Counted from the stretch's first letter, positions 1 to 8,667 are shown. The stretch: DNA of 20,000 nucleotides from an uncultured virus (IMG/VR IMGVR_UViG_3300042445_003239) (IMGVR_UViG_3300042445_003239); one strand, 5' to 3'. Translations and numbers: made by a program. The notes: generated by a model from the sequence alone, not told the origin.

Positions 1-3
1 GAT

Positions 4-354
4 TTGAATGATAAGAACTTTATGCTTTATGCAGCTAAGCATTATAATAATCCAAAGTGTTTGGACTTTGACGAATTTAGTGCTGACCTCGCACATTTAA
101 AGTATGCACGTAAGTTACTAAGGCGATATACTGAAAAAGACATACTACAAGAGCGGCTCATACTTAATCACCTTATCATATTTTATAATATGTTTTATCC
201 TGAAGCTGCAACACGCATGTGCTTTTATCGTATTGATGAAGAATGTTGGCCTGCACTAAAAACATTCCTACTCTACCTAAATTACATTCCAAAAGGAGAA
301 TATATAAATATACCTATTGATCTATTGATCGTAAAGAAATTACAAACACTCTAA
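4..354 (+). CDS. conserved T4-like phage hypothetical protein (true start may lie upstream of the window)
   Basis: ORF track; YA-K-Y-NP...ERLILNHLII-YN-F pattern recalled from T4-like myoviruses; TTG start at the window edge. Confidence 0.75.
   Translation: MNDKNFMLYAAKHYNNPKCLDFDEFSADLAHLKYARKLLRRYTEKDILQERLILNHLIIFYNMFYPEAATRMCFYRIDEECWPALKTFLLYLNYIPKGEYINIPIDLLIVKKLQTL
303..310 (+). promoter_or_regulatory. T4-type late promoter
   Basis: Exact TATAAATA about 50 nt upstream of the 359 ORF. Confidence 0.55.
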
Positions 355-358
355 ACTT

Positions 359-943
359 ATGGGACTATTCACACGCGCCGCCGATACATTTTATGCATTT
401 CGATTTCTTCGTTTGCTTACTACACCATGGCAAAAAATGGGTGCATATAAGTTGGGATTGATAGATGCACAAGGTAATATATTACGCAAGGCTGAAACGA
501 GTGAAGAGCGCAGTAAATATAATGTATTTCATAAGCTTGTATTTAATGTTAAGCGCTTACTAAATAAGCTACCTTTTGGCAAAACAACAATTGCATCATA
601 CCTAGCTGCATTATATCTTATTAAAGAAAAGACAGGATTATCGGATGAAGCGCTATCAAAGGCGCTTTTAGAAGTTACTGGATTTGATATCAATACTGCG
701 CCGTTAAATGAATCACGTTGGTACCTGACAGAAGATCAACATTTACGTGCAGGGCGCTATACATTACGTCATGACGTTGCGCTGCCACTTACAGGCGAAG
801 TCCTAGCTCTTAAAAAGTCACTGGTAACAATAAGTGAAAATGTTGCACCATGCGGAACTATTTTTGGCGTACCTGTATATACAGCAACACACAATAAAAC
901 ACATCAACGGATCCTAATTACTCAACATGATATTGTTCAATGA
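359..943 (+). CDS. conserved T4-like phage hypothetical protein
   Basis: 194 aa ORF; D-FY-FRFLRLLTTPW...A-KLGLID-G motif typical of a T4-like hypothetical family; tight packing with neighbours. Confidence 0.75.
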   Translation: MGLFTRAADTFYAFRFLRLLTTPWQKMGAYKLGLIDAQGNILRKAETSEERSKYNVFHKLVFNVKRLLNKLPFGKTTIASYLAALYLIKEKTGLSDEALSKALLEVTGFDINTAPLNESRWYLTEDQHLRAGRYTLRHDVALPLTGEVLALKKSLVTISENVAPCGTIFGVPVYTATHNKTHQRILITQHDIVQ

Positions 944-1233
944 AAACTGAAGACACGACAACCGCATCGGTAGCGATGCCACCATCAGATTACCCAAAGA
1001 CAGGCGCTACATGGCGCTTGTTTAATGTACCATCTGAAATATTCCGACGCTTCGAAACAGGTCGTAATAAGTTTGAGCGCTGGGGTAAATACCTAGACTT
1101 GGCTGATGACGAGCAACAGAGCTTGTATAATTACGCAAAGAAAAATCCAAAACATACCGTCATTTTGAGAGATTCAAATAATGGCGCATTGCGTAGCATA
1201 CGCCGTCGGGCTATGAATGAAAATCGTAAATAA
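940..1233 (+). CDS. hypothetical protein
   Basis: 97 aa ORF with ATGA overlap with the upstream stop. Confidence 0.75.
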   Translation: MKTEDTTTASVAMPPSDYPKTGATWRLFNVPSEIFRRFETGRNKFERWGKYLDLADDEQQSLYNYAKKNPKHTVILRDSNNGALRSIRRRAMNENRK

Positions 1234-1237
1234 TCTT

Positions 1238-1266
1238 GTTTACATTTTACTTTATTAGTATATAAT
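1238..1266 (+). promoter_or_regulatory. sigma70-like (T4 early-type) promoter for nrdB-nrdA
   Basis: GTTTACA 1238-1244, 16-nt spacer, TATAAT 1261-1266. Confidence 0.65.
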
Positions 1267-1290
1267 AATAGTATACACGCTTTACGATTT

Positions 1291-2295
1291 ATGAATAACG
1301 AGACAAAACAACACAGCATTTTTGAAGAACAAATTTCACGAAAACCAAACCATTATCCATGGACTGAACAATTCATTGAGGCCATGCATAATGGTTTTTG
1401 GACAGATAAAGAATTTAACTTTAGTGCAGATGTTCATCAATTCAAGACCGTATTAACAGATCAATATCGTGAGATTATTGTACGCACATTGAGTGCTGTT
1501 GGTCAAATTGAAGTTGCGGTAAAAACATTCTGGGCAAAACTTGGAGAAAACTTGCCGCATCCTGCACTACAAGACTTGGGTTATGTAATGGCCAACATTG
1601 AAGTTATTCATAACAGCGCATATGAGCGGTTGCTATCTGTTCTTGAACTTGAAGATATCTTTGAAGAGAACCTCAAGCTGGAATGGATTCAAGGACGAGT
1701 TAAGTATCTTAAGAAATATACACACCGTTTTTATAAGGATAGCAAAAAGCAATACCTATATGCTCTTATCTTGTTTACTCTATTTGTTGAAAACGTAAGT
1801 CTCTTTAGCCAATTTTATGTAATTAATTGGTTTGCTACATTTAAGAATGTGCTTAAAGATACTGACCAACAAGTTAAGTATACTCGCAATGAAGAAAATA
1901 TTCATGCACTTGTTGGTATTAAGATTATTAATACCATACGTGAAGAGCATCCTGAACTCTTTGACGCTGAACTTGAAGAGCGCATTGCAAGTGAAGCAAT
2001 CGAGGCATTTAAAGCTGAGAGCAAGATTGTTGATTGGATGGTTAACGGCGTAAACGAACACGGACTAAGTGCACCAATTCTTAAAGAGTTTATCAAGAGT
2101 CGTATAAATGAAAGCATGGTTGCAATTGGATTTGCACAACCTTTCACATGCGATGAGACACTGCTAAAAGATACTCTTTGGTTTGACGAGCAGTTGCATG
2201 GTAATAACATGACCGACTTTTTCCATAGCCGCCCAACGGAATATAGCAAAAAAGGCCAAAGCTTTAGCGAAGACGATTTGTTTGATTTGTTTTAA
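1291..2295 (+). CDS. nrdB: ribonucleotide reductase class Ia beta subunit
   Basis: Ferritin-like di-metal motifs EVIH-x3-Y (radical Tyr), VENVSLFSQF, EENIH; C-terminal DFF...TEY. Confidence 0.96.
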   Translation: MNNETKQHSIFEEQISRKPNHYPWTEQFIEAMHNGFWTDKEFNFSADVHQFKTVLTDQYREIIVRTLSAVGQIEVAVKTFWAKLGENLPHPALQDLGYVMANIEVIHNSAYERLLSVLELEDIFEENLKLEWIQGRVKYLKKYTHRFYKDSKKQYLYALILFTLFVENVSLFSQFYVINWFATFKNVLKDTDQQVKYTRNEENIHALVGIKIINTIREEHPELFDAELEERIASEAIEAFKAESKIVDWMVNGVNEHGLSAPILKEFIKSRINESMVAIGFAQPFTCDETLLKDTLWFDEQLHGNNMTDFFHSRPTEYSKKGQSFSEDDLFDLF

Positions 2296-2315
2296 GCGAT
2301 ATATAAATTTAGATT

Positions 2316-3968
2316 ATGAATGAACAAATACATTGGTTGAATGCCGATTCAAGAAAATTCCTTGAACGTGGCTATTTGGTAGAAGGCGAAACGCCTGAGG
2401 CGCGCATGGCTGATATTGCGGCGCATGCAGAGAAATTATTAAATCTTAAAGGCTTTGGCTCAAAATTTTTAGGTTACTTACATGCTGGTTATTATTCTTT
2501 AAGCAGCCCAATCTGGAGCAACTTTGGACGTAAGCGCGGGTTACCTATTAGTTGCTTTGGCAGTTATATTAGCGATTCGCTTGAAGAAATTGCTGGCAGT
2601 AAATATGCTGAGATTGCAATGATGACAAAGCATGGCGGAGGAACAAGCGCATACTTTGGTGATGTACGTGGACGCGGCGCACCTATTAACAGCGGAGGAA
2701 CAAGTACTGGTGCAGTCCATTTTATGGAGCTGTATGAAGGACTTATGGATGTTGTCTCGCAAGGCAATGTACGACGTGGCTCCTTTGCGGCATACCTACC
2801 AATTGATCATCCAGATATTGAAGAATTTTTAAAAATTCGAGGTGAAGGCCATAAGATACAAAATATGAGTATTGGCGTTACTGTTAGTGATGAATGGATG
2901 AATTTAATGAAGGCGGGCGATAAAGAAAAACGTTCGGTATGGGGCAAGGTTATCAAGAAACGATTTGAGAGTGGATATCCATACATTTTCTTTAGTGATA
3001 ACGCAAACAATGCTGCACCGCAGGTTTATAAGGATAAAGGTAAAACTATTCATGCCAGTAACTTATGCAGTGAAATTTTCCTAAGCACAACGGCCGACGA
3101 AAGTTTTGTATGCAATCTTAGCAGCCTCAACCTTGAGCTGTGGGACGAACTTGCGCAGACAGATGCCATACAAACACTCGTATATTTCTTGGATGCCGTT
3201 ATGACGGAATTTATAGACAAGACCGAAGGTATGGCTCACATGAGCGCGCCACGTAATTTTGCAATACGCCAACGTGCATTGGGCGTAGGAGTACTAGGTT
3301 GGCATAATTACCTACAAAAGAATGATGTTGCATTTGAGAGTATTGAAGCACAAGCACGTAACATTCAAATTTGGAGTAAGATACGTGAAGACGCCGATGC
3401 AGCAACAACGGAACTTGCCACACTATATGGAGAGCCTGAGTTGCTTGTTGGTTATGGGCGCCGTAATACAACAACACTGGCGGTTGCACCTACAACAAGC
3501 AGCAGCTTTATCTTAGGACAAGTAAGTCCAAGTATTGAGCCGCTTAATAGTAATTACTTTGTTAAGGATCTTGCCAAAGGTAAATTCACATTTAAGAATC
3601 CTTATCTTAAAACATTGCTGCAGCGCAAAGGATTGGATAAATCTGATGTTTGGAAAGATATACTTGTTCATGGTGGCAGCGTGCAACACTTAACAACACT
3701 AACTCCTGAAGAGCGCGCTGTATTTAAAACGTTTGGCGAAATTTCTCAGAAGGATATTATTATTCAAGCTGCACAACGCCAACCATACATTGACCAAGGG
3801 CAGAGTTTAAACATCATGATTTCATCTGATGCAAAGCCAAAGCTTGTAAATGAACTTATGATCTTTGCCTGGGAGAACGGCATTAAGAGCTTGTATTATC
3901 AACGTGGTACAAATCCTTCACAAGAACTTGCACGTTCAATTACAACCTGCACTACATGTGAAGCATAA
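2316..3968 (+). CDS. nrdA: ribonucleotide reductase class I alpha subunit, short form without ATP cone
   Basis: SSP-W-N-G, ISCF, GGGT, SNLCSEI active site, VCNLSS, APTTSSS, KSLYY, C-terminal CTTCEA redox pair; 550 aa. Confidence 0.97.
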   Translation: MNEQIHWLNADSRKFLERGYLVEGETPEARMADIAAHAEKLLNLKGFGSKFLGYLHAGYYSLSSPIWSNFGRKRGLPISCFGSYISDSLEEIAGSKYAEIAMMTKHGGGTSAYFGDVRGRGAPINSGGTSTGAVHFMELYEGLMDVVSQGNVRRGSFAAYLPIDHPDIEEFLKIRGEGHKIQNMSIGVTVSDEWMNLMKAGDKEKRSVWGKVIKKRFESGYPYIFFSDNANNAAPQVYKDKGKTIHASNLCSEIFLSTTADESFVCNLSSLNLELWDELAQTDAIQTLVYFLDAVMTEFIDKTEGMAHMSAPRNFAIRQRALGVGVLGWHNYLQKNDVAFESIEAQARNIQIWSKIREDADAATTELATLYGEPELLVGYGRRNTTTLAVAPTTSSSFILGQVSPSIEPLNSNYFVKDLAKGKFTFKNPYLKTLLQRKGLDKSDVWKDILVHGGSVQHLTTLTPEERAVFKTFGEISQKDIIIQAAQRQPYIDQGQSLNIMISSDAKPKLVNELMIFAWENGIKSLYYQRGTNPSQELARSITTCTTCEA

Positions 3969-3973
3969 AGACA

Positions 3974-4171
3974 ATGAACGAAAATAATAGATGCCCAAAA
4001 TGCAAGTATGTATATGAAGTTATTTGGGACGATGATGACGACAAATACTATTGTGACGATGAAGACGATTTTGGCGACCTAGAACGCGATGAATTATATC
4101 CAGAGTTTTGCCCGTTTTGTGGTACACACCATTTGTATGGCACCGAAGGCGACTCAGAAGACGATGAATAA
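3974..4171 (+). CDS. small acidic zinc-ribbon protein
   Basis: CPKC and CPFC knuckles around an Asp/Glu-rich linker. Confidence 0.75.
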   Translation: MNENNRCPKCKYVYEVIWDDDDDKYYCDDEDDFGDLERDELYPEFCPFCGTHHLYGTEGDSEDDE

Positions 4172-4180
4172 ATAAATCGT

Positions 4181-4615
4181 ATGAGTCCATGGACGTATCA
4201 AAATAACACTTTTACTAAAGAAGATGCCGAACTAAAAATTGCAGAAGGCTGCATTGGATTCATCTATGAAATTACAGATGTATTAAACGGCAAAAAGTAT
4301 ATCGGCAAAAAGCTGTTAATTACAAAAAGAAAACGTCCACCGCTGAAAGGCCAAAAACGAAAGCGTATTGACATTATTCAAAGTGATTGGGCAAAGTACT
4401 ATGGCAGCAGTGAAAAAGTTAAGCTTTTGGTTGATGAACGTCCAGCTGATTTTCGGCGTGAAATACTTGAGTTTTGTAAAGCAAAAGGTGAACTATCTTA
4501 TATTGAAGCAAAGTGGCAATTCACTAAAGAAGTGCTATTGACAGATGATTATTACAATGAGTTTATCGGTGTGAAAATACACAGCGCTCATGTGAAAAAT
4601 TTATGGAAAAAATGA
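4181..4615 (+). CDS. denA: GIY-YIG endonuclease, T4 endonuclease II (DenA)-like
   Basis: GFIY...KKYIGKK, W-KYYGSS, FRREIL, E, YYN motifs; 144 aa single domain. Confidence 0.8.
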   Translation: MSPWTYQNNTFTKEDAELKIAEGCIGFIYEITDVLNGKKYIGKKLLITKRKRPPLKGQKRKRIDIIQSDWAKYYGSSEKVKLLVDERPADFRREILEFCKAKGELSYIEAKWQFTKEVLLTDDYYNEFIGVKIHSAHVKNLWKK

Positions 4616-4644
4616 TTTACAAACTAGGCAAATTAGTATATAAT
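4616..4644 (+). promoter_or_regulatory. sigma70-like promoter for rnh
   Basis: TTTACA 4616-4621, 17-nt spacer, TATAAT 4639-4644. Confidence 0.7.
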
Positions 4645-4651
4645 AAACCGT

Positions 4652-5521
4652 ATGCAAATTGTAGACTATAGCGGAATTGCTATTGCGGGAATCTTCTCTC
4701 AATCAGCGCGGGGAAATATTACTGAAGATTTTATGCGTCATATTATTCTCAATAGCTTGAGAATGTATAATGTCAAATACCGTGATAAGTATGGACGCAT
4801 GATTCTCGCTGTTGACAGTGGAAGTTGGCGCAAAAAATATTATCCTGAATATAAGGCATCACGCAAAAAGAATAGAGACTCATCTCCATTAGATTGGGAT
4901 ATGATCTTTGGCATTATTAATACAGTACGTGATGAGATTATAGAGCATATGCCATATAGTGTTGTTGGTGCACCACACGCAGAAGCCGATGATGTTATTG
5001 CAACACTTGTTGAAAATACACAAGAGTTTGGTTCTTATGAACCAGTCATGATCATTAGCGCTGATAAAGATTTTATCCAGCTGCAAAAGTATGATAATGT
5101 AACTCAATTTAGTCCAATGACTAAAAAACTAATTACAGACTCAAATCCACATCGTTACCTATGTGAACATATCTTCCGTGGGGACAGCGGAGATGGTGTA
5201 CCAAATGTACTCTCTGAAGATCGCGTGTTTGTTGACGGTGGACGTCAAAAACCATTAAGCGCTAAGAAGATTGATGAATGGTATGCTGCACTGAAAAAAG
5301 GCAACCTTAGGGACGTTATGCCAGATGACGTCTATCGTAACTATTCTCGCAATTCACGTGTCATTGACTTATCGTGTATACCTGATGAAGTGGTACAAAA
5401 AATCAATGAAGCTTATGCCGCGGCACCAGCAAAATCCAACAGTAAGGTATTAAATTATCTTATCTCCAAAAGATGTAATATGTTGGTAGATTGTGCCGAA
5501 GAATTTTTCACATATAAATAA
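4652..5521 (+). CDS. rnh: T4-type RNase H / 5'-3' exonuclease (FEN1 family)
   Basis: IVD-S, SWRK-YP-YKA-R, EADDVI, ISADKDFIQL, GD-GDGVPN motifs. Confidence 0.93.
   Translation: MQIVDYSGIAIAGIFSQSARGNITEDFMRHIILNSLRMYNVKYRDKYGRMILAVDSGSWRKKYYPEYKASRKKNRDSSPLDWDMIFGIINTVRDEIIEHMPYSVVGAPHAEADDVIATLVENTQEFGSYEPVMIISADKDFIQLQKYDNVTQFSPMTKKLITDSNPHRYLCEHIFRGDSGDGVPNVLSEDRVFVDGGRQKPLSAKKIDEWYAALKKGNLRDVMPDDVYRNYSRNSRVIDLSCIPDEVVQKINEAYAAAPAKSNSKVLNYLISKRCNMLVDCAEEFFTYK
5513..5520 (+). promoter_or_regulatory. T4-type late promoter
   Basis: TATAAATA 12 nt upstream of the 5533 ATG. Confidence 0.55.
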
Positions 5522-5532
5522 GAATGTAGATT

Positions 5533-5976
5533 ATGAAAACAGCAAAAAATAATGTAAATAAATTACCGTTTGAGGTATTTGAAGCCGTGCAGACTGCTGA
5601 TAAACAGGCAGATAGAATTGCGCTGCTACAAGAGAATGAGAGTTATGAATTAAAAACAATCTTACAAGCAGCCTTTAGAGCTGATATTGTTTTTGACTTG
5701 CCGGCAGGCGCTCCTCCATATACGGTTAATCCATCGCCAGCTGGTATGATGCACATGTCAATGAAAAAACATGTTAATATGCTGCCATTACTACTTGTAG
5801 GAAATCCACGTTGGCCTAAAATGAAAAAGGAGATGTCCTTTATTCGTCTGCTTGAAGAGGTATGTGAAAAGGATGCTGAGATTTTTATTGCTATGAAAGA
5901 TAAAGCGTTGACTAAAAAATATTCGACGCTTACGCCTTCATTGGTTAAAAAGGCATTCACGGACCTAGGAATTTAA
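5533..5976 (+). CDS. conserved T4-like hypothetical protein
   Basis: LP-G-PPY and K-E--FI-LLE motifs; commonly found after rnh in T4-like phages (recalled, not searched). Confidence 0.75.
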   Translation: MKTAKNNVNKLPFEVFEAVQTADKQADRIALLQENESYELKTILQAAFRADIVFDLPAGAPPYTVNPSPAGMMHMSMKKHVNMLPLLLVGNPRWPKMKKEMSFIRLLEEVCEKDAEIFIAMKDKALTKKYSTLTPSLVKKAFTDLGI

Positions 5977-5979
5977 AAT

Positions 5980-6237
5980 ATGACATATTCATATAACTGC
6001 AAGAGTTGTGCCGCCGTATGGGATCTAAGGCTACCTTTGGATTCTCGTGACGCGCCGTGCGCAGATTCTTGTCCACATTGCAAATGCGTCGATTGTGTAA
6101 TGCGAACTATAGCCGCACCGGCGCTTTCATATGCTGGTGGGTTGACTGTATTGCAACGCGCAGGGAGCGGATGGAATGATGTATTAAATAAGGTTAAGAA
6201 GAGTAGCGGAAGACAAAGTAAAATTGAAACACGATAA
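5980..6237 (+). CDS. FmdB-like zinc-ribbon protein
   Basis: Y-Y-C-SC ... CPHC motifs, GW--VL-K-K tail. Confidence 0.8.
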   Translation: MTYSYNCKSCAAVWDLRLPLDSRDAPCADSCPHCKCVDCVMRTIAAPALSYAGGLTVLQRAGSGWNDVLNKVKKSSGRQSKIETR

Positions 6238-6245
6238 AAGTACTT

Positions 6246-6398
6246 ATGAAAAAAGGTAAAAAAAATCGAGATCGTAATAAACGTAATGTAGATGAAGGTG
6301 CGCGTAAATATAAGCAAAAGAATAGCCGCTTTGAAGATGCACGCAAAAACAAAGAAACACACCGTAATATCTTTACTGAATGGGACTATTTAAAATGA
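6246..6398 (+). CDS. small basic hypothetical protein (50 aa), not in ORF track
   Basis: Manual translation MKKGKKNRDRNKRNVDEGARKYKQKNSRFEDARKNKETHRNIFTEWDYLK; fills the gap and its TGA overlaps the next ATG (ATGA 6395-6398). Confidence 0.65.
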   Translation: MKKGKKNRDRNKRNVDEGARKYKQKNSRFEDARKNKETHRNIFTEWDYLK

Positions 6399-7096
6399 AG
6401 ATAGCTCGCAAATGTTTCAAGCACACTCCTGTTAAGCTAGATTATGACGATCTTGATGCAGTCACTGGAAAAACTGGACGCCAATATGTTACACCAGACG
6501 GACGTCGTTATCCTAGCATTACAACAGTATTAAGTGTACTTAGCAAGGATGGTATACGTGAATGGCGCGCACGTGTAGGCGAAGAAGAAGCAAATCGTGT
6601 TATGCGGCATGCTGCAACACGTGGTACTGCAATGCATACCATTGCAGAGCGTTATCTTAATAATGAAGAGCACTATTTTGATCCTCAAGAAATGCCTCAC
6701 GTGAAGGGTATGTTTGGCGCAATACAAACTATCATTGACGCAAACATTGATGAAGTTGTGCTACAAGAATGTCCTCTTTATAGCAATCATCTTGGCGTTG
6801 CAGGTCGTGTGGATCTTGTTGCAAAATTTAATGGTAAACATAGTATTGTTGACTTTAAGACAAGCTCTCGTGTAAAGACACGTGATCATATACAGAGCTA
6901 TTTCATGCAGGCTGCAGCATATGCAATCATGTTTGAAGAACGCACTGGTATACCTGTGCCACAACTAGTAATACTTATGGCCGTTGAAAATTCAACAGAG
7001 CCTCTCGTTTTTGTTGAGAAGAGAGACACCTGGGTTCCTGGGTTGATAGATACAATAAATGAATACAATAAAAGTAAACTATTCGGACATGCATAA
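6395..7096 (+). CDS. PD-(D/E)XK exonuclease (Cas4/RecB/lambda-exo-like)
   Basis: YPSITTVL, RGT-MH, E-PL, AGRVD, IVDFKTS, Q-AAYA; start moved to ATG 6395. Confidence 0.9.
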   Translation: MKIARKCFKHTPVKLDYDDLDAVTGKTGRQYVTPDGRRYPSITTVLSVLSKDGIREWRARVGEEEANRVMRHAATRGTAMHTIAERYLNNEEHYFDPQEMPHVKGMFGAIQTIIDANIDEVVLQECPLYSNHLGVAGRVDLVAKFNGKHSIVDFKTSSRVKTRDHIQSYFMQAAAYAIMFEERTGIPVPQLVILMAVENSTEPLVFVEKRDTWVPGLIDTINEYNKSKLFGHA

Positions 7097-7742
7097 AAAT
7101 AATAAAAATAAAAATAACGCCGAACTATTCGGCAAACTATTCAAACCTGACAATACGCATTCATATGCAAATGACTATGGAGCAGTAAAGGAATATTACC
7201 TTAGTGATACTATTGGTGACCCATCAGAATATGTTGATTGGTTTCATGATATACGTAATAGCCGCCCAACTGATGTAATTAAACTTCACATTAATTGCCC
7301 AGGCGGTAACATCTTTACAACCATTCAATTCTTACAAGCACTATCTGAAACGGAAGCGCATATCATTGCAAGTGTTGAAGGAGCATGCATGAGCGCAGCA
7401 ACTCTTATCTTCCTTATGGCAGATGAATATATGATTACTGATCATAGTGTATTCTTGTTTCACAACTATAGCTCACAAACAATGGGCAAAGGTGGCGAGA
7501 TGTATAGCTGCTTAATTCACGAGCGTGGATGGAGTGAACGTCTCTTTAAGGATATGTATACGGACTTCTTGAGTGAAGCTGAAATTAAAGATATGATTGA
7601 AGACCGTGACATTTGGATGACTGCAGCCGAAGTAATGACACGTCTTGAGGCACGCACTGCAGCACGTGAGGCTGCAGAAGCTGCCTCAGCGGCACCACAG
7701 CCTACTCCTAAGACTGCCAAAAAATCTAAGAAAGACTCATAA
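7089..7742 (+). CDS. clpP: ClpP-like serine protease
   Basis: INCPGG, G-CMSAATLI (catalytic Ser), FLFHN (His), RDIWMTA; start moved to ATG 7089. Confidence 0.85.
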   Translation: MHKNNKNKNNAELFGKLFKPDNTHSYANDYGAVKEYYLSDTIGDPSEYVDWFHDIRNSRPTDVIKLHINCPGGNIFTTIQFLQALSETEAHIIASVEGACMSAATLIFLMADEYMITDHSVFLFHNYSSQTMGKGGEMYSCLIHERGWSERLFKDMYTDFLSEAEIKDMIEDRDIWMTAAEVMTRLEARTAAREAAEAASAAPQPTPKTAKKSKKDS

Positions 7743-7760
7743 GGTCATCTCATATTTCAT

Positions 7761-7799
7761 AAAAACCGCATCTGGCCGCGTGCTTAGATGCGGTTTTTT
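7761..7799 (+). terminator. intrinsic terminator, potentially bidirectional
   Basis: AAAAACCGCATCT (7761-7773) pairs with AGATGCGGTTTTT (7786-7798); U-run follows. Confidence 0.85.
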
Positions 7800-7830
7800 G
7801 CGTCTTTTACACCATATACAATATAGGAAT

Positions 7831-7896
7831 ATGCATTTTTTTGCATAAAGTTATTTACATTGCGCAAAAAATAGTGTATAATAATCTCGTAACGAA
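7831..7896 (+). promoter_or_regulatory. sigma70-like early promoter at the start of the RNA locus
   Basis: TTTACA 7854-7859, 17-nt spacer, TATAAT 7877-7882; near-identical to the promoter at 19045-19110. Confidence 0.8.
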
Positions 7897-7954
7897 CGGC
7901 AACGGTAAATAAATCGAAGCTGTTCCGATCAAGAAAAAAGTTGAAAAAAAGTTA

Positions 7955-8002
7955 TTTACTTTCATAAAAAAGTATATATAATATCTCAACAATATATAAA
8001 TA
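7955..8002 (+). promoter_or_regulatory. second sigma70-like promoter plus late promoter for the RNA locus
   Basis: TTTACT 7955-7960, 16-nt spacer, TATAAT 7977-7982; TATAAATA 7995-8002. Confidence 0.65.
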
Positions 8003-8132
8003 GTAATTCAAGGTTCATGACGAGGGAGTACCTGAAACGCCCAAGCGAGCACAAATAGGTGTCATCATAAACGAGGTTTTTATGAGTAGTCAATAATTTT
8101 ACTCGTTTGCATATATCGTATAATATGCACGC

Positions 8133-8175
8133 CATCAGGGTGTCGGTCGCCTGATGTAAAAGAAAAGACCGAACA
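8133..8175 (+). ncRNA. H-type pseudoknot RNA, copy 1
   Basis: S1 CATCAGG/CCTGATG; S2 TCGGTC/GACCGA; A-rich loop TAAAAGAAAA; TATAAT at 8119-8124 just upstream. Confidence 0.7.
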
Positions 8176-8241
8176 TTTTCAACAGTATGGGTAGTCCCAT
8201 CGGAGCATGACTGTGATACCGTTACAGTTAAGATTTTCAAT

Positions 8242-8316
8242 CGCGGGGTAGAGTAGAGGTAACTCAACGGTCTCATAAGCCGTGCACGTGGGTTCGAATC
8301 CCACCCGCCGCAACCA
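8242..8316 (+). tRNA. trnfM: tRNA-fMet(CAT), atypical
   Basis: C1:A72 mismatch, CTCATAA loop, TTCGAAT T-loop, CCA; one extra G in the acceptor 3' strand. Confidence 0.8.
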
Positions 8317-8428
8317 ATTTAATCTCAATATTCATATTGAGAGAATACCAACAGCATGCCAGTGTATCGTGCGTTGATAGTGGCTTACAAACCCATGTTG
8401 CAGTAGAAGGTTCTGCGTACACTCCCAT

Positions 8429-8456
8429 TTCAACTCCCCCGTGGCAGTACTAATTT
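8429..8456 (+). repeat. orphan copy of the 3' end of tRNA-Glu
   Basis: TTCAACTCCCCCGTGGCAGTACTAATTT vs TTCAACTCCCCGTGGCAGTACCAATTT at 8870-8896. Confidence 0.75.
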
Positions 8457-8508
8457 CGTTACTATTGTAACTGTGGTTAACGCTGCAGCTATTACGAATG
8501 CAATGATT

Positions 8509-8551
8509 ATTCAGAATTTCGGTGATCTGAATCCAAAGAAAACACCGTACA
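8509..8551 (+). ncRNA. H-type pseudoknot RNA, copy 2
   Basis: S1 ATTCAGA/TCTGAAT; S2 CGGTG/CACCG; loop CCAAAGAAAA; same geometry as copy 1. Confidence 0.7.
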
Positions 8552-8562
8552 ATTTTTCAATC

Positions 8563-8641
8563 CTCCGTGTACGCAAACTGGCAAAGCGACTGCCTTCAAG
8601 GGGCGGTGATATTGTGAGTTCGACTCTCACCTAGGAGACCA
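8563..8641 (+). tRNA. trnL: tRNA-Leu(CAA), short variable region, two acceptor mismatches
   Basis: CTGCC-TTCAAGG-GGCGG anticodon arm; GTGAG-TTCGACT-CTCAC T-arm; ACCA. Confidence 0.7.
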
Positions 8642-8667
8642 ATTTTGAGAGCTGCAACTCTCGTTAA

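Noticed and set aside
6395..7096. CRISPR-Cas locus (Cas4 with DinG, type IV-like)
   Set aside because: No repeat-spacer array or other cas genes; the nuclease lacks the Cas4 four-Cys cluster, and the helicase is 10 kb away.
8133..8175. preQ1-I or SAM-II riboswitch
   Set aside because: Similar H-type topology, but I do not see their ligand-binding consensus nucleotides and there is no downstream ORF to regulate.
8563..8641. Selenocysteine or UGA-suppressor tRNA (TTCAA in the loop)
   Set aside because: The 5-bp stem and 7-nt loop register gives anticodon CAA with G37; no Sec-type long acceptor or variable arm, and no sign of stop-codon recoding in the ORFs.
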